Assembly (NCBI GenBank): GCA_963788655.1
Contig: CAWBHS010000009.1
Coordinates: forward strand, 1-64,000
Direction: 5' to 3'
DNA: 64,000 nucleotides
Origin: an uncultured Verrucomicrobiae bacterium
GTDB lineage: Bacteria > Verrucomicrobiota > Verrucomicrobiia > Limisphaerales > JAFGQR01
How positions within the stretch are numbered: position 1 is the stretch's first letter; every line of letters begins with the position of its first letter. The position numbers and the translations under genes are program-made. The notes under the pieces are model-generated. The model was not told where the DNA came from. It did no database searches and saw only the letters and a program-made list of their open reading frames with translations. Below, one piece after another: positions 1 through 8,680 of the stretch.

Positions 1-331
1 TTTGGTGAACTGCTTCTCAATCAGTCGTCCAATCTCTGGGTCAATGGGTACAAACGTAACAGGCAAAGTTCCAAGCCGTAAGCGGAGACTCGCTGATGAA
101 ATTGACGTAGGCGTCAGCACCTCCACCCTCTGGACTCTCCGCTCTCCACAGCTCCTTCTGGTGTAGGTCATAGGCAACGAGGTTCTGGGCAGGGCGACCA
201 TTCGGGAACTCCATGTAGTCGAAAATGACCAGCACGCGGTCACCGACGCGACGCGCTTGAAAAACACGCTGGCTGAACCTCCACCAGCGCGGTTCTACGA
301 ACACTCGGTTTGGCTCACAGGGAAGCTCCAT
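1..331 (-). CDS. Cassette hypothetical protein; probable 3' frameshift
   Basis: ORF 41..331. A shifted frame continues as IDPEIGRLIEKQFTK to the window edge. ATG lies just past the attC at 340-465. Confidence 0.65.
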
Positions 332-339
332 CGCGATTC

Positions 340-465
340 ATCGAACGATTAAGGTCACCCACAGCCGCCGGAGGAGGACGTCCGCAGCGAATCGGGCGAC
401 CGAACTTCCGGCGACGATGGCAACTGAGAGGGCGGGCGGCTGTTGGGTGAACCGCCTTGTTCGCC
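340..465 (-). repeat. attC site (126 bp)
   Basis: Minus strand GGCGAAC-AAGGC-GGTTCACC-CAACAGCCGCC ... GGCGGCTGTG-GGTGACC-TTAATC-GTTCGAT; arms pair with two extra bases. Confidence 0.9.
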
Positions 466-900
466 ATTCATCTTGAGCAAGGAATACTCCTCAAAAATGT
501 CCCTGAACGAATTCCGCCGCTCCTCGCCAAAGTCCAACCTTACGAGATTCCAGCCGCCCTGTCCCACAGTGATCTCATACACCTCAGCCGTTTGCCCCTT
601 TTCGGGACCTGACAGGACAAGAACGTGATCGCCAATCCTGAACGGCGCTCCGTTGAGTTGACTACAAATGGGACGAATGAAGGGCCAGCATGTGAACATG
701 CCGACAAAATAACCCAAGAAGGTTGCTGGAATGAGGCCAAGCGCAACAAGGAGCGTGGCCTGCCAGTCGGAAAAGTAGGCTGCCAAACCCACCCCCTGTG
801 AGAGCAGGATGAACAGGGTAGCGTCGAGAGCACAAGCACCGAGCGCCCACGAGACAGCTACGGGGTAGGCGCAAACTTTGTTGTGCAAGCGCGGTTTCAT
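355..900 (-). CDS. Cassette membrane protein with possible KOW-like segment
   Basis: Two hydrophobic helices, then FRIGDHVLVLSGPEKGQTAEV. The C-terminal tail is encoded by the attC. Confidence 0.7.
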   Translation of the reverse strand: MKPRLHNKVCAYPVAVSWALGACALDATLFILLSQGVGLAAYFSDWQATLLVALGLIPATFLGYFVGMFTCWPFIRPICSQLNGAPFRIGDHVLVLSGPEKGQTAEVYEITVGQGGWNLVRLDFGEERRNSFRDIFEEYSLLKMNGEQGGSPNSRPPSQLPSSPEVRSPDSLRTSSSGGCG

Positions 901-1427
901 GTTGCAGGCGAACGATCAAGGTCAGGCACAGCCGCCGGAGGCGGACGTGGCCTCCGATGATGATGTTCGAGTTTCCATAGTCGGTCAACTGCCGGGCGCA
1001 GCGGCTGTTGCCTGCACCGTCTGGTTCGCTGCCCGTCGATCCCAGAAGTGACCTGCCGTGACGCCGACCAGAAAAGCAGCCACCACGTTCCATGTGAGTG
1101 CGAAACCCACCAACCGTTGAAGCGGATATTCGTCAGTGTGAGGGTCGTGAGCCCGGAGAAACCCATTACGACAAAGAGCACGATGATCTCGGCGCCAGCC
1201 AAGCAGACCAATGCCAGCCCGAAGATCGCAAGATGTAACGCCGGATGATCAAAGCGATGGCTAGGATGGCTACTGAACTCCCCACCTTCCCCGCGAGGGT
1301 CTCTGCCACCCACAAGAACCCAATCAGGGAAAACCATACTCCCAAGGAATCCACCAACGACCCATGCGGCAAACAGCATCAGAACTCCCAGACAAACCCG
1401 ACCGATATTGGCGGTGGCGCGTGGCAT
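897..1427 (-). CDS. Cassette membrane protein (hypothetical)
   Basis: In-frame ATG at 1427 just past the attC; hydrophobic segments. The longer track start at 1487 lies inside the attC. Confidence 0.6.
   Translation of the reverse strand: MPRATANIGRVCLGVLMLFAAWVVGGFLGSMVFPDWVLVGGRDPRGEGGEFSSHPSHRFDHPALHLAIFGLALVCLAGAEIIVLFVVMGFSGLTTLTLTNIRFNGWWVSHSHGTWWLLFWSASRQVTSGIDGQRTRRCRQQPLRPAVDRLWKLEHHHRRPRPPPAAVPDLDRSPAT
907..1030 (-). repeat. attC site (124 bp)
   Basis: AGCGAAC-CAGAC-GGTGCAGG-CAACAGCCGC ... GCGGCTGTG-CCTGACC-TTGATC-GTTCGCC. Confidence 0.9.
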
Positions 1428-1432
1428 GTTAC

Positions 1433-1530
1433 AGCGAACGCTGAGATCACCTATGACGGCCCTCTCCGGAGCCATCCGGATTGCCAACTTACGTGGCGGG
1501 GCCGTTATTCGGTGAATCGTTTGGTTCGGT
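1433..1530 (-). repeat. attC site (98 bp)
   Basis: ACCGAAC-CAAAC-GATTCACC-GAATAACGGCC ... GGCCGTCATA-GGTGATC-TCAGC-GTTCGCT. Confidence 0.88.
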
Positions 1531-2029
1531 AATCTTCGTTTTCCATTTTACATCGAATGGCCTGTCAAGGAGGTGAACCATGTTGAAAACCGCGTCCTTA
1601 CTCACAGTGACCGGCTGTGGTCCGCCAACCCAGACGCTTCTGCGCCAGATGGTTCGTGCAATCTGTGTAATATCGGTCAGCCATCCCAGAATCACCCAGA
1701 ACCTGATACAGGATGAAGCTCTGGCACTCCGCCTCGCTAAGCGCGGCTGCGTAGTCCACTCCTGTTGCATCGGTTTTCATCCGGCCTCGAAGATAATCTC
1801 GATGCTGCTCCATCGCCTTGGCAGCCACGCGCACGTCCTCGGAGCAATAAAGCCGAAGGGCCTCTTCCTTTTCTTTTGAGAACTCTCTGAAGTCTTGCTT
1901 ACCGCATCCCGTCTGACTTAGGGCGAACGGCAAACAGGCCAGTGGAATGACAAGCCAGCGCGCATTGACCAAGGCTCGCCTGCTTTTTGTTAGTAATCGT
2001 CGCTGCACTGTGAGCTTGAGAATGTTCAT
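1489..2029 (-). CDS. Cassette putative lipoprotein; possibly frameshifted near the 3' end
   Basis: ORF 1598..2029 has a basic N-terminus, a hydrophobic stretch and SQTGC. The overlapping frame 1489..1770 runs on to the attC. Confidence 0.55.
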
Positions 2030-2044
2030 GTCGTATGCGGTGTT

Positions 2045-2137
2045 GCCGAACGTCCCGGATCAGGCGCGCCGGGCCAATGATGTCCGATTATCAACCCAGA
2101 CGCGATCCCGGCGTTGCTCGCATCCGGTTTGTTGGGC
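2045..2137 (-). repeat. attC site (93 bp)
   Basis: GCCCAAC-AAACCGGATGCGAGCAACGCCGGG ... CCCGGCGCGCCTGATCCGGGAC-GTTCGGC. Confidence 0.85.
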
Positions 2138-2634
2138 AAAGTGCTTATTCCTAATCTCGGCGGCAACGTGCTCGACGACTCCCCGCTTTAGGACGTAGCC
2201 GTCAGAATCGAACGGAGGCTTTTTGACCAGTGTTCCGGATACTCCTTTTGGCACAGCGCATACACGCGCCACGGAAAGGCTGTCGCAGGGAACTCCCACA
2301 GACACCACCCTATCGCCTCATCCGCCAAGATGACCGGATCAGAATCGATGGACAAATTGAACTGATTGGAACTGCCACTGACCGAATCTGCCCACCCTGA
2401 ACTCTGGCGGATTTGCGTGCCGATCGCAAAACGAATGTCGTGAGGACCTCCATTGGTGATCGCAAAGATGGTGGTTACTTGCCCGGACGTTTGATTTGTC
2501 TTGTAGCCCTGCACTGAAACGGAAACTGGTCCAGATAGCCCCTGCGAAGAGGAACTCGCACAAGATACAAATAGGTCACGGCAAGCAGCGAGAGGAAACA
2601 AACGATGATTATTAATGACGATCTTGCGCTTCAT
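2060..2634 (-). CDS. Cassette exported hypothetical protein, frameshifted
   Basis: ATG at 2634 (MKRKIV...) just past the attC. Frames 2188..2856 and 2060..2308 together fill the cassette. Confidence 0.55.
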
Positions 2635-2645
2635 GCGAATGCTTT

Positions 2646-2785
2646 GCCCAACGTCAGAACTGCAGCGACAGCCACCCCGCCTGTGGCGACGCCGGCGACT
2701 CCCGACAACCAGAGCGCGTCGCCGAAGCGCGCGACGGTCGAACGGCAAAGCGGGGCGGCTGTTTGCTCCAGTGATCTTGTTCGGC
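2646..2785 (-). repeat. attC site (140 bp)
   Basis: GCCGAAC-AAGATCACTGGAGCAAACAGCCGCCCCGC ... GCGGGGTGGCTGTCGCTGCAGTTCTGAC-GTTGGGC. Confidence 0.85.
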
Positions 2786-2855
2786 ACTGGAGGGTGCCCG
2801 GCAGAAAATCGCTGAAATAACAGCGAAAGCAGTCGTGCCTGGCATCGCACCCGCA

Positions 2856-4323
2856 TTACTGACGCTCCTCGATTGTCAGTTTTATAAATCCTGCCGGAGT
2901 ATATGCCGGCACACTTGCCGTGCGGTATCCATTGATGTCCGGGGCAGAGAGCGCCACTCCGTCAGGTGGCCAAGTTGTCACATCGTCACTCGCGTAAACC
3001 TGGTAAGTGATGTCCGACCGGCCGCTGTAGAAAGTCATCTCCAGCATTCCGCCTGCAATCTCGCCTTGGGGCAACGACCCCAGAGATCCTCACGCGGGTT
3101 GAGCATGGAGCGCATACGCGACCAACAGAGGCACACTGTCGCCATTAAGATCATCCGACATCAAAGCATCATATGGCTGTCCATGCGTAATCAGCCAGGG
3201 TGCGTGCGGGTAGGCAGTAGTGTCAATTTCCACCGCCGGGTAGCCCATCCACAAAAGGAGAGGTGAAGCCTGTGGCAGTATCGAAATAGTATATCGTGAA
3301 CCCGTTGCCCGCGAAGTCGAACACGCTATTGCCGAACGTCCCAGGAGGGTCACCGAAAAAGTAAGCGCTTGTCAGGCTGCTACTACCGAAAAACGCAGAG
3401 CCTTCGATGCTGGTGACACTGTCGGGTATCGTAACGCCTGTCAGATTGTGGCAGTTGAAAAACGAGTAATCCCCGATGCTCGTAACTGCGGATGGGATGG
3501 AATAGGCGCCGACGCGTCCCGGTGGATAGGCAATCAATTGTGTCGCGGAGCCGTTGAGCAACACACCTTGAATGCTGCTGTATTCAGTGCTTCCGGGATC
3601 CAACATCCATGCTCGTCAGGCTATGGCAGTAGACAAACGCCAAAGCGCCGATGCTGGTAACGCTGTCTGGTATGGCAACGCTGGTAAGACTACTGCAACC
3701 GCCAAACGTCCCAGTCTCCGATGCTGGTAACGCCATTGGGTATGGTGACGCCCGCCAGACTGCGGCAATCGTGAAACGCGTGATCCCTGATGCCAGACAA
3801 ACACTGGGGGAAGAGAATAAGCACCGCCGCGTCCGGCTGGATACGCGATCAACTCGGTCAAAGAGGCGTTGAATAACGCTCCGTCACTACTATGAAACCA
3901 AGAGTTACCGGTGGCAACGTCGATACTTGGGAGTTGGTCGCAGGACAAAAACGCCGCGCTCCCAATACTGTTAAGATCAGCAGGTAGCGTGATGCTGTGA
4001 AGGCTGCTGCAATAGCTGAAGGCAAAGGGGCCGATGCTGGTAAGGCTGCTTGGCAGGGTAACACTCGTCAGATTCGCGCAATAAGAAAACGCCGAGTGAC
4101 CGACACTGGTGACCGGTAAACCGTCAATCTCCGCTGGGATGACAACAGAGCCGACGGCGTCGTCGGGATAGCCAGTGATTTCGACCCCGGTATCCCCATT
4201 GATGAGCTCGTACGTGAAATCACCAAACTGGGCAGCATGGCTTGTCGAGGCCAGCGCGATGATGAGGGCCAAAGCGCAAAGCAGACGGTGCCGAAAGTGC
4301 ATCACTGTTGAATGTATGAACAT
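2856..4323 (-). CDS. Cassette-borne BspA-type leucine-rich-repeat surface protein, split over several frames
   Basis: Signal peptide (ALASTSHA). Repeats such as VTSVGHSAFSYCANLTSVTLPSSLTSIG occur in 3616..4323 and 3223..3606. C-terminal pieces are 3090..3353 and 2856..3074. Confidence 0.85.
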
Positions 4324-4365
4324 GGGATTACGCTCTGCTGGTTGTGTTGTTTCGGCGTGTCATCA

Positions 4366-4462
4366 ACCAAACGCGGAGATCACCCATGAGCGGCATCCCA
4401 ATACCGCTCAAATTCTAAACTGACGTGCTTGCCGCTCATTGGGTGAATCGATTTTGTTAGCC
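4366..4462 (-). repeat. attC site (97 bp)
   Basis: GGCTAAC-AAAATC-GATTCACC-CAATGAGCGGCA ... TGCCGCTCATG-GGTGATC-TCCGC-GTTTGGT; begins right after the stop codon at 4464. Confidence 0.9.
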
Positions 4463-4463
4463 C

Positions 4464-4775
4464 TCAAAACCACTTTTTACGGGCGATCCCGTCGACGGCA
4501 TTCAGTGGCACATAAATTGTAACGCTCTTGCGATCTGACTCCTGCAAACTCGGCGGATATGCCTGCTCGAATATCAGCCAGCCACCTTCTTGGCGGATGG
4601 CTTCTGTATTGTAGGTCGCAGCTCCAGCTCTCACGTCGTAGAAATCTCCGGTTCCCGTGAGTGAGGGAAATCCCGGAACCGCGTTCGCCACCGATGAAGG
4701 TGCCGTGCAACAACCGGTGAGCATAAAGGCAGTAAGCGCGAGCGTCAGTAGAACAAAACAGTTTTTTGGATTCAT
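4464..4775 (-). CDS. Cassette small lipoprotein
   Basis: MNPKNCFVLLTLALTAFMLTGC lipobox; in-frame ATG at 4775 downstream of the attC. Confidence 0.7.
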   Translation of the reverse strand: MNPKNCFVLLTLALTAFMLTGCCTAPSSVANAVPGFPSLTGTGDFYDVRAGAATYNTEAIRQEGGWLIFEQAYPPSLQESDRKSVTIYVPLNAVDGIARKKWF

Positions 4776-4807
4776 ATGAACGTGTGGTTGGTGGACATGT
4801 AGTAGAT

Positions 4808-4933
4808 GGCTAACGCTGAGGTCACCGACAGCCGCCCAGAAGCGTCCGTCGGCAGCCAATTCGACTGCCAAATCTCCCGCTCCGTTCAAGTTCACAACGC
4901 GGGGCGGCTGTTCGGTGAACCGCTTGGTTCGGC
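4808..4933 (-). repeat. attC site (126 bp)
   Basis: GCCGAAC-CAAGC-GGTTCACC-GAACAGCCGCCC ... GGGCGGCTGTC-GGTGACC-TCAGC-GTTAGCC. Confidence 0.9.
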
Positions 4934-4980
4934 TGTGTGTCCTCGTTCCTTAGATGCATTTGGTAATCCATAATCGCGTG

Positions 4981-5417
4981 CTATTCTATTGCCCGAGTAA
5001 CATCGAAATAAAGCGTGTCATCCTTTCCCGAATCCCACCGCGAATACGTAAAGACATCGAATCTCTTATCATTAAGGGTCAACGCCTCAATCTTCTCTTC
5101 CTTGATTTTTCCGAAAGCACCAACATACCAATTTTCGACATCTCTAACTTGCCTCTGGTCACGGCACCTCCGGATAACCAGGGCCGTGTCCAGCGATGCC
5201 CTCCGGAGCCGGAAACTTTGTGTGGTAATTCTCGATCGTATTTTGAAAGTGAACCTGACTCGCCATACTCGATCCCAGGATACCAAAGCCAGCCACGCCC
5301 AGGAATACCAATGCCCAGTCCTCCGTGCGGACCAGCGCCCATGCACCCGCCAATTCCCAGAGTAATCGACAGCAAAAAGAACGTGCTCAGAATGTACGGT
5401 AACATGTGAGATTTCAT
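4981..5417 (-). CDS. First cassette gene, putative lipoprotein, frameshifted
   Basis: 5079..5417 has a hydrophobic leader ending IGGC; 4981..5346 supplies a plausible C-terminus. Confidence 0.55.
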
Positions 5418-5660
5418 GTTGACGCCGCAGTGTTAATAAACTGCAAATCGTTGGTTTATCCGAAACCTTCCGTTAACGTTGGTGACCGTTGCTTTTCATG
5501 GTTCCAATAAATTGGGTTTTACTGCATGGGTCAAGACATTAGTTGCGTAAGCGCAAGCACAACGGAGGCAGACCGGATTGACCTGCGTGCGCATCTCTTT
5601 CCGGATAAACCGACAATGTGTCGGTTTATCCGAGCGCGATTGACCAGGTAAAACCGACGG
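5418..5660. promoter_or_regulatory. Candidate attI / cassette-promoter region
   Basis: Perfect 14-bp-arm palindrome at 5602-5632, a further GGTTTATCCGA half-site at 5453-5463, and minus-strand TTGACC-N17-TTTATT at 5534-5506 facing the array. Confidence 0.4.
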
Positions 5661-5679
5661 CAATGTCCCAGGTTGCCTA

Positions 5680-5953
5680 AGAGCCTGTTTTAAATTTGGG
5701 CGAGGTTCTGCGGCGAGGGATTTTGGACGCGGGCGAGCCGGCGCGGTCTGCGCATCCCCGCAGTGGGCTGTAAGGATCGAGCCAACGAAGCCCACGTTCA
5801 AAAGACCCGCCGCCCTGCGGGTTTTCGCGGAAAAGGCCGGCTGGCTTCGTTGCTCCTCGCTTACAGATCGCTGCGGGTATGCGCGTTCGTCGCGCCTCGC
5901 CAGCCGGCCTTTTCCGCGAAAACAGGACCACGCCGAATTTTAAAACAGGCTCT
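5680..5953. mobile_element. MITE (274 bp, non-autonomous, IS5-like ends)
   Basis: Terminal inverted repeat AGAGCCTGTTTTAAA, TA on both flanks, and an internal perfect 25-bp inverted repeat at 5821-5845/5899-5923. Confidence 0.8.
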
Positions 5954-6130
5954 TAGTATTGCCGGACGTTCTGCGACGTGGCTAATGTCCCGGGGCCCTC
6001 CGAGACAAACGGGACGCGCGGTACTATCAAATTGCGGTTATTGCCCTCGGACCGAATGACACCGTGGACCGTCTATTTGGCACACGCCATTGGTCACACC
6101 CCAGATCCTGTATTAAACTCCAGCCGCCTC

Positions 6131-6216
6131 GTAGCAGCCGACGTGAGGAGGCTCAGATTTCTTCGAAAGACAGAACTGCTCCCGATAAGAATGAGCCTCC
6201 TCACGTCGGCTGCTAC
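6131..6216. repeat. GTAG-type REP doublet (REPIN)
   Basis: GTAGCAGCCGACGTGAGGAGGCTCA and its exact reverse complement 36 bp later. Confidence 0.8.
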
Positions 6217-6233
6217 CGTTTTTTAACAGGCGC

Positions 6234-8663
6234 TCAGGCACGCTTACGAGTGGCTCCTCCTTTCGCCGCCGCCCGTGGACGAGAATCCCGCAATGCATCC
6301 TCTCCCGCGCCCCATTTCCAATGGCGGATTTCGGGCATGTCCTGGCCGTGTTGATGCACGTAGTTTTTGTGGTCGATCAGTTTGTCCCGAATGGCTTGTT
6401 TGGCATAGGCCGCACGGGCGCCCAGCGAGGGCACGCGGTCGATCACGTCGCCCACCAAGTGGAAGCGGTCGAGGTCGTTCATTACCACCATGTCGAACGG
6501 CGTGGTGGTGGTGCCTTCTTCCTTATAGCCGCGTACGTGGAGGTTCTTGTGGTTGGTGCGCCGATAGGTGAGGCGATGGACCAGCCAGGGATAACCGTGG
6601 TAGGCGAAGATGATCGGCTTGTCTTTGGTGAACAAGGCGTCGAAGTCGCGGTCGCTCAAGCCGTGCGGGTGTTCGGTCTGCGGTTGCAGGGTCATGAGAT
6701 CGACCACGTTGATGACGCGGATTTTGAGTTCGGGGAAATGCTGGCGGAGCATGTCCACCGCCGCGAGCGTTTCCAGCGTGGGCACGTCGCCGGCGCAGGC
6801 CATCACCACGTCCGGTTCGCAGCCTTCGTCGTTGCTGGCCCAACGCCAGATGCCGATGCCGGCGGTGCAATGCTTGACCGCGGCATCCATGTCCAGCCAT
6901 TGCAGGGAGGGTTGTTTGCCAGCGACGATGACGTTCACGTAATGGCGGCTGCGCAGGCAATGATCGGTGACCGACAACAATGTGTTGGCGTCGGGCGGCA
7001 GATATACCCGGATGATGTCCGCCTTCTTGTTCATGACGTGGTCAATGAAGCCCGGATCCTGGTGACTGAACCCGTTATGATCCTGGCGCCAGACGTGGGA
7101 AGTGAGCAAGTAGTTCAACGACGCAATGGGGCGGCGCCAGGGAATGTGGCGGGTGACTTTGAGCCACTTGGCGTGCTGGTTGAACATGGAATCGATGATG
7201 TGAACGAACGCTTCGTAACAGGAGAACAAACCATGCCGGCCCGTGAGCAGGTAGCCCTCGAGCCAGCCCTGGCACAGGTGCTCGCTCAGCACTTCCATCA
7301 CCCGGCCATCCGGGGAGACGTGGTCGTCGGTCTTCAAAATCTCCGCGGTGGAAACGCGTTCCGTCACATCAAACAGCGCGCTGAGCCGGTTGGAGGCCGT
7401 TTCATCCGGCCCGAAGACGCGGAAGTTCCGGCCCTCCCAGTTCCGTTTCATGGTATCGCGCAAAAAGGCGCCCATGATGCGCGTGGCTTCGGCTTCAACT
7501 GTGCCCGGCTGAGGAACCTTCACCGCGTAGTCATGGAAGTTGGGCAGCTTGAGATCGCGCAGCAGAATCCCACCGTTGGCGTGCGGGTTTTCGCCCATGC
7601 GCCGTTTGCCCTGGGGCGCCAGTTCGGCCAGTGCGGGAATCAGCCGGCCATTCTCGTCGAACAACTCCTTGGGGTGGTAGCTCTTCATCCATTGTTCGAG
7701 CATTTTTAAATGGGCGGGATTCGTGGCCAGGCCGGCCAGCGGCACCTGGTGCGAACGGAATGAGCCTTCGGTGGGTTTGCCGTCCACTTCCTTGGGGCCG
7801 GTCCAGCCTTTGGGCGTGCGCAGGATCATCATGGGCCAGGTCGGGCGGTTTTTGAATCCCTTGGCGCGCGCTTTGGATTGTATCTGTTTGATCTCCGCGA
7901 TGATCGTATCGAGCGTGCCGGCCAGCAGTTGGTGGACTTCCTCGGGATCATCCCCTTCGACCACGTACGGCGCATACCCGTAGCCGCGGAACAGGTCTTC
8001 CAGTTCGTCGGGCGCAATGCGGGCCAGCACCGTGGGATTGGCAATCTTGTAGCCGTTCAAATGGAGGATGGGCAGGACCGCGCCGTCATGCACCGGATTC
8101 AGGAATTTGTTGCTGTGCCAACTGGTGGCCAGCGGACCGGTCTCCGCTTCGCCGTCGCCGACTACGCAAGCGACGATCAAGTCCGGATTGTCGAACGCGG
8201 CGCCGTAGGCATGCGCCAGCGAGTAACCCAGCTCACCACCTTCGTGAATCGAGCCCGGCGTTTCCGGGGCCACGTGACTCGGAATGCCGCCCGGGAACGA
8301 AAACTGGGTGAAGAGCCGTTTCATGCCCGGTTCGTCCTGGGAGATGCTCGGATACAGTTCGCTGTAGGTTCCCTCGAGATAGGTGTTGGCCACCAATCCC
8401 GGACCCCCGTGGCCGGGGCCGGTAATGTAAATCATATTGAGATCATGCTCCTTGATGAGCCGGTTCAGGTGTACGTAAAGCAGATTCAATCCCGGCGTGG
8501 TGCCCCAGTGCCCCAGCAGCCGCGGCTTCACGTGCTCGGCTTTCAGCGGCTGCTTCAGCAACGGATTGTCGTAGAGATAAATCTGGCCGACCGACAGGTA
8601 ATTGGCGGCCCGCCAATAGGCGTTCATTTTCTGCAAAAGTTCGGGGGATAATGGTCTATTCAT
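6234..8663 (-). CDS. xfp: Xylulose-5-phosphate/fructose-6-phosphate phosphoketolase
   Basis: [18 protein letters not shown] motif GDGEAETG...[15 protein letters not shown]. Confidence 0.97.
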   Translation of the reverse strand: MNRPLSPELLQKMNAYWRAANYLSVGQIYLYDNPLLKQPLKAEHVKPRLLGHWGTTPGLNLLYVHLNRLIKEHDLNMIYITGPGHGGPGLVANTYLEGTYSELYPSISQDEPGMKRLFTQFSFPGGIPSHVAPETPGSIHEGGELGYSLAHAYGAAFDNPDLIVACVVGDGEAETGPLATSWHSNKFLNPVHDGAVLPILHLNGYKIANPTVLARIAPDELEDLFRGYGYAPYVVEGDDPEEVHQLLAGTLDTIIAEIKQIQSKARAKGFKNRPTWPMMILRTPKGWTGPKEVDGKPTEGSFRSHQVPLAGLATNPAHLKMLEQWMKSYHPKELFDENGRLIPALAELAPQGKRRMGENPHANGGILLRDLKLPNFHDYAVKVPQPGTVEAEATRIMGAFLRDTMKRNWEGRNFRVFGPDETASNRLSALFDVTERVSTAEILKTDDHVSPDGRVMEVLSEHLCQGWLEGYLLTGRHGLFSCYEAFVHIIDSMFNQHAKWLKVTRHIPWRRPIASLNYLLTSHVWRQDHNGFSHQDPGFIDHVMNKKADIIRVYLPPDANTLLSVTDHCLRSRHYVNVIVAGKQPSLQWLDMDAAVKHCTAGIGIWRWASNDEGCEPDVVMACAGDVPTLETLAAVDMLRQHFPELKIRVINVVDLMTLQPQTEHPHGLSDRDFDALFTKDKPIIFAYHGYPWLVHRLTYRRTNHKNLHVRGYKEEGTTTTPFDMVVMNDLDRFHLVGDVIDRVPSLGARAAYAKQAIRDKLIDHKNYVHQHGQDMPEIRHWKWGAGEDALRDSRPRAAAKGGATRKRA

Positions 8664-8680
8664 AAGCGTGTTCTTGCTGG

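Larger units (their letters stand above)
1..5417 (-). mobile_element. Integron gene-cassette array (8 cassettes, 7 attC sites); no intact integrase in window; runs off the left edge
   Basis: Short, unrelated, co-oriented ORFs, each separated by a 93-140 bp imperfect palindrome that opens with ..AAC and closes with GTT.. on the coding strand. Confidence 0.93.

Noticed and set aside
5418..6233. Intact integron integrase gene
   Set aside because: No ORF of suitable length and no tyrosine recombinase R-H-R-Y motifs; only a doubtful short remnant
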